DNA from: Patescibacteria group bacterium
Lineage (GTDB): Bacteria > Patescibacteriota > Patescibacteriia > GWA2-46-9
NCBI GenBank assembly: GCA_041660005.1
Contig: JBAZXG010000002.1
Coordinates: forward strand, 24,356 to 88,355
Length of the DNA stretch: 64,000 nt
Direction: 5' to 3'
Shown piece by piece: positions 60,242 to 64,000 of the stretch. Made by a program: the position numbers and the translations under genes. A model generated the notes under the pieces. It searched no databases, was not told the origin of the DNA, and saw nothing but the letters and a program-made list of their open reading frames with translations. The first letter of the stretch is position 1. The number at the start of each line of letters is the position of its first letter.

Positions 60242-61837
60242 CTAATTATTCTCTGCTTTAGAAAAAATTTCTATCAGCAGTTTTCGTGGCGTTGGGTCAA
60301 TTGCCAAGAGTACGGCAGCATAAATCACAACCGCCAGTGGAATTGTCAGAATGACTGAAAAATTTATTGCGAGCCAGAGAAATAGCGCCATTACAATTGT
60401 TGCAAGAAGAGACGGAAGAAGTGGAGCAAGAGTAAAAAAAGAATTAATCCGTCGTCTGAGATAGTAGTAAAGGAGCACTGCGATAAGTAATTCCACTGCA
60501 ACCGTAACCGCTGCCGCACCGATAGCGCCGGCAACGGGAATGACTACAAGATAGGCAACGAGACTGAACGCCGCAGCAAGTGCATACGCCCACAGTACCG
60601 AGCGCTGCTCATTAATGGCAACGATAATATGCCCAAAAAATGTACCAACAAAAATAATTGCGGTTGCTACACCAAGGAGACGCAGAACATCGCCGCCTTG
60701 CGCGGTAAAGTCTGAACCAAAAAGCGCAACGACCTTTGGCGCTGTAATCGCTAGGCCAACCGCCAAGGGAAGAGCAATAGACACGATGGCGGTAAAAGAT
60801 TCAGCTACGGTACGACGAAAATCTTCATAGCGTTTATTTGCCCAGGCAGTGGTGAGTATGGGCAAAAGAAGACCGGCAAACATGGTCGGGAAAGTAACGA
60901 GCACTTCCAACACGCGATACATGGCGCCATACACACCTACCTCGGTTTCGGAACGTACAAAAGAGAGAATGAGCGTGTCTGCTTTGAGGTACACCAGGTT
61001 AAAAACAACACCAAGCGCAATCGGCCAAGAACGATGCCAAATGAGTTTCCAGTACTCGGGTTCAAAAGCAATGCGAACTTTTACAACGTTATGGCTAAGT
61101 AAAGCGGCGAGCGCAAGATTAAGGAGACTGCCAACCGTTACCCCAATAACGATGAACAAAATACCGCGCTCTTGCGTGACCGCGAAGAGAACAAAGCCAA
61201 GAAGCGTCGTGCGTCCAAGCAACTCACCGGCAACCGAACGCCACATGGTAAGTGCTTGCTGGAAAAAACCGGTAAACACCTGCAGAAGCGCCACGAATAA
61301 AAATGACAAGGTCAAAATGACGACGCCTGCTTTCACTGTTGTTGAATAAGGAAAAAGCCAAATGACGAGCGGTGCAGCCATTAAAATAGCGGCGCTCGTT
61401 ACGAGCCGAAACCCCAAGAGGTTGGCAAAGATGCGTTCTTTCTCGTTCGCCCGCTCGGCAAAGAGCTGTGAACTGACCAACACCAGGCCGAGATCTGCGG
61501 CCACACCAAAAAATTGCAGGTAGGCGGTCATGATAGTGTACGAACCAAACCCTGCAGCTCCCAAATAATTGGTCATGGCGAGCACTGTTCCCCAACCCAA
61601 AATGACGCTTAGAATTTTTCCGAGCGTTTGAATGATTGTATTACGAGTTAAAGCCCGACGCTCAAGCATGACTAGTGGGGTTGACAGAAAGGATGCGCTG
61701 TGATAGGGTGATCTGTTTCGAGGAAGCGGAACTGCATCCACGACAAGCGTGGAATTCAGTGCTGGAGGAGTTCTCGGTGTGTCCCACTTAGGTCTTCCCC
61801 GCGCAGGATTCCTTGGATGCAGTTCCCCTTCTTCCAA
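60242..61837 (-). CDS. polysaccharide biosynthesis protein / Wzx-type flippase (MOP superfamily)
   Basis: 531 aa, about 14 TM helices. Confidence 0.7.
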   Translation of the reverse strand: MEEGELHPRNPARGRPKWDTPRTPPALNSTLVVDAVPLPRNRSPYHSASFLSTPLVMLERRALTRNTIIQTLGKILSVILGWGTVLAMTNYLGAAGFGSYTIMTAYLQFFGVAADLGLVLVSSQLFAERANEKERIFANLLGFRLVTSAAILMAAPLVIWLFPYSTTVKAGVVILTLSFLFVALLQVFTGFFQQALTMWRSVAGELLGRTTLLGFVLFAVTQERGILFIVIGVTVGSLLNLALAALLSHNVVKVRIAFEPEYWKLIWHRSWPIALGVVFNLVYLKADTLILSFVRSETEVGVYGAMYRVLEVLVTFPTMFAGLLLPILTTAWANKRYEDFRRTVAESFTAIVSIALPLAVGLAITAPKVVALFGSDFTAQGGDVLRLLGVATAIIFVGTFFGHIIVAINEQRSVLWAYALAAAFSLVAYLVVIPVAGAIGAAAVTVAVELLIAVLLYYYLRRRINSFFTLAPLLPSLLATIVMALFLWLAINFSVILTIPLAVVIYAAVLLAIDPTPRKLLIEIFSKAENN

Positions 61838-61868
61838 ACAGCCCCGACGTAATGTCGGGGTTATTTGT

Positions 61869-62090
61869 TTATTCGCTTTGTAAAATTTCGTTCAATAATT
61901 TTCGTGTCTGCTCACGCTCGTCATCTTTAGCGTCGTCCTCTGAACGCAAACTCAGAGCAATGGTACTACCTTCTTTGGCGCCAAAAGGTAAGTCAGCACT
62001 GCGCCAACGAACTTCTTGCCCATCATCGGTTTTCAGAATGGCGACATCTCCCTCTAGTCGATCAACAATAACCTTGCGTGTTGTTGGCAT
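61869..62090 (-). CDS. small protein, DUF3006-like
   Basis: 73 aa, VIVDRLEGDVAILKTDDG pattern. Confidence 0.4.
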   Translation of the reverse strand: MPTTRKVIVDRLEGDVAILKTDDGQEVRWRSADLPFGAKEGSTIALSLRSEDDAKDDEREQTRKLLNEILQSE

Positions 62091-62093
62091 ATA

Positions 62094-62549
62094 TTATAGT
62101 GCATCAATTTCTCGCACCGAAACCGACGTAGGTTCGCTGCGTTTTATTATAATAGTGAGGACTCCATTTTTCATTATCGCTTCAGCGCTATCCGCCTGAA
62201 CGGGCATCGGCAGCACGACTGACCGAGAAAAAGCGCCCCAATGACATTCCTGCAAGACGTAGTGACGGTTTGTTTCGGTGTGCTCTTCGTTGCGCCGACC
62301 ACGAATCGTTAAGAGATCATTATGTAACGCCACGCTAATATCTTCCGGACGAACACCAGCCACAACCGTGCGTACCACAACATTCGTGTCAGTAACATAA
62401 ACATCTAACGATAACTCACCCTCTTGCTCAACCCAGTTACCAGCATTTGCCACCTGGAGAATATCAGCACCTTGCCAGGTTGCTTCTGCGTCATCAGCTA
62501 TCGGTATAGAGAGATTTTTTGTTGGTTTTGTATTTTTGAATAGTGCCAT
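62094..62549 (-). CDS. Hsp20/alpha-crystallin family small heat shock protein
   Basis: 151 aa alpha-crystallin domain (LDVYVTDTNVVVRTVVAGVRPEDISVALHNDLLTIRGRR). Confidence 0.8.
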   Translation of the reverse strand: MALFKNTKPTKNLSIPIADDAEATWQGADILQVANAGNWVEQEGELSLDVYVTDTNVVVRTVVAGVRPEDISVALHNDLLTIRGRRNEEHTETNRHYVLQECHWGAFSRSVVLPMPVQADSAEAIMKNGVLTIIIKRSEPTSVSVREIDAL

Positions 62550-62603
62550 ACTGTTTAATTCGTTATGACTAGTATAGAAGAGGAGACAACGTGGGGCAAG
62601 CTC

Positions 62604-63716
62604 TTAGTCGTTACCAAAGGTTACCGCACCGTCCCGACTCATAGAGGCAATCTCGACCCAGACCGGACCGCGAGCAAAAGCGAACGGCAAACCGTTGGCA
62701 TCAAGGTACTTGGTGGGGCTTCCCGCACTACTCTTTTCCCAGCTACCAGAAAATGCTTGTCCGTCTCGGAAAAACCAGGCCTTCCCTTTGCCCACAGTGC
62801 CTACTGTCACCGCGTCGGGGACTGCTGCGCGAGGTGCTGGTGTTATCTTTGTAATTTCGGCAACGATCGTGGCGGCACGAATAACTTCGGCGTTTTCGCG
62901 GTCGGTCGCCTGAACCCCGTCGATGAAACGCGCATAACGCTTGCGTTCACTATCCCAGCGCCACAGCACCCCATAACTTGGCACAGAAAAATCAACCCGG
63001 ACAACTTGTGCTGGTTCGCCACCCTTCGGCGCTTCGTCTGAGAACGTCTGTTGATGGAGCTTAACCGTACTCTCCCAACCACGACGTGTAACAAGGTCAT
63101 CTAACTTTTCCGTCGTGGTAAAAAGATTATGCGGAGGTATCAAGCCGGACCGACGATAATACGCATAACCATTTGCAAATTCGTCTGCATTCGCAATCGT
63201 CTGCATATCAGAGAGCGCAGCAAGCGCCGCAGGACTACCGCCTGAATGTACGTACACGGCAGAAAGCTCACTCGCTAACGGCAAAAAATATTCTCGCGCT
63301 GAACGCACGGGTCCGATGACGACCTTATTGGTGCTTTGGAACACCGCCATGAGTCTCGTCACACCACCTTCAACGAGCGTCTCCCATACCCAACTTGCTT
63401 GACTGAGACCAGAAGCCGGGCGAACACTTGGAAAATTATCAACCATAATTGCATAAGGTCGTTTTACTGCCTGTGCCTCAGGAATATACTCACCCGTAAG
63501 CTCTGAACGAATCATGCCGATGGGTGGTTCTTCGACGGCTGGTGTTGGCACTATTGGGGTCGGTGGCGTTGCGGTGGTAAAAAAGATGACGTAAATAAAA
63601 ACTGCGTTTATTACCAAGACCGCCAGTGCAAGAAAAAGCCAAACATTTTTTTTGAAAAACTCTTTCACCTTTACCGTGAACCCCTTGGGAGAAGTGGAAG
63701 AGATCGCGTCAGCCAT
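62604..63716 (-). CDS. DUF3048 domain-containing secreted/membrane-anchored protein
   Basis: 370 aa; N-terminal TM anchor; VDNFPSVRPASGLSQASWVWETLVEGGVTRLMAVF matches DUF3048 N-domain. Confidence 0.6.
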   Translation of the reverse strand: MADAISSTSPKGFTVKVKEFFKKNVWLFLALAVLVINAVFIYVIFFTTATPPTPIVPTPAVEEPPIGMIRSELTGEYIPEAQAVKRPYAIMVDNFPSVRPASGLSQASWVWETLVEGGVTRLMAVFQSTNKVVIGPVRSAREYFLPLASELSAVYVHSGGSPAALAALSDMQTIANADEFANGYAYYRRSGLIPPHNLFTTTEKLDDLVTRRGWESTVKLHQQTFSDEAPKGGEPAQVVRVDFSVPSYGVLWRWDSERKRYARFIDGVQATDRENAEVIRAATIVAEITKITPAPRAAVPDAVTVGTVGKGKAWFFRDGQAFSGSWEKSSAGSPTKYLDANGLPFAFARGPVWVEIASMSRDGAVTFGND

Positions 63717-63719
63717 GGT

Positions 63720-64000
63720 TACACAATCGATGGGAGTTTTGGTAGGGGAAACTCCTCGTCAGTAACCACGCTTTGAATGCGATAGGCGCCGTGCGTTGGC
63801 GCTTCTACGTAGCCGCTCCAGGCCATGCGCGCAAGCCCGCCGCTCTCCACCCAATCAAAAAGCCATTCATTAGTGTACTGGGGGTCATTTTGTGGAACGC
63901 CGCCGCCAACAGTCTGCAGCCAACGGGCATTAAAATCTTCCTGTGACCCAAGCGGTGGCGCAATAATAATAGGAATACCCGCACCAGTATAGAATGACTG
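63720..64000 (-). CDS. 3' end of a glycosyltransferase-like gene (GT28/MGDG-synthase-like C-terminal region), runs off window
   Basis: reverse translation ...GIPIIIAPPLGSQEDFNARWL..GGGV...; partial, no start in window. Confidence 0.35.

Overview
This 64 kb window looks like a Patescibacteria/CPR-type chromosome segment with moderate GC and several GC-rich accessory insertions. The clade call rests on the gene repertoire: VirB2/TrbC-like pilin arrays, lamin-tail-domain surface proteins, pilT, H+-PPase, and many tRNA-linked repeats. The core backbone, mostly on the minus strand, carries pilT-rnc-nusB-rpmF-gyrA, nusA, hppA, rnhB, trxA, the liv ABC operon, galU, glycosyltransferases, a Wzx flippase and a Wzy-like ligase. 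Three accessory systems stand out. (1) A complete diversity-generating retroelement (DGR) at 50.0-53.0 kb has a target gene with a C-terminal 119 bp VR, a 119 bp TR that differs from the VR almost only at adenines, an Avd four-helix-bundle gene, and an RT. The RT frame is interrupted by a (GA)14G12 simple-sequence tract. (2) This DGR sits inside a ~14.7 kb island (about 43.5-58.3 kb) bounded by tRNA-Ser (CGA) on the right and two direct copies of the tRNA-Ser 3' end on the left. The island also carries an ImmA/XRE module, a ParB-fused and a second beta-class DNA methyltransferase, a large serine recombinase and an OLD-family ABC-ATPase/TOPRIM defence-like gene. (3) A family of short (~170-200 nt), apparently structured elements occurs downstream of tRNA-Lys, tRNA-Ala and tRNA-Leu and in tandem at the island's left border. 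Each begins with a 14-20 nt copy of the neighbouring tRNA 3' end, has a conserved body with compensatory stem changes, and is insulated by terminator hairpins. Other features are a tandem array of seven VirB2/TrbC-like pilin paralogs, two duplicated zinc-ribbon mini-gene cassettes with a shared palindromic operator and terminator, and a 14 bp perfect palindrome (GTTCCACGTGGAAC) present twice upstream of an ABC exporter. Coordinates of RNA genes and repeats were read manually and may be off by 1-2 nt.
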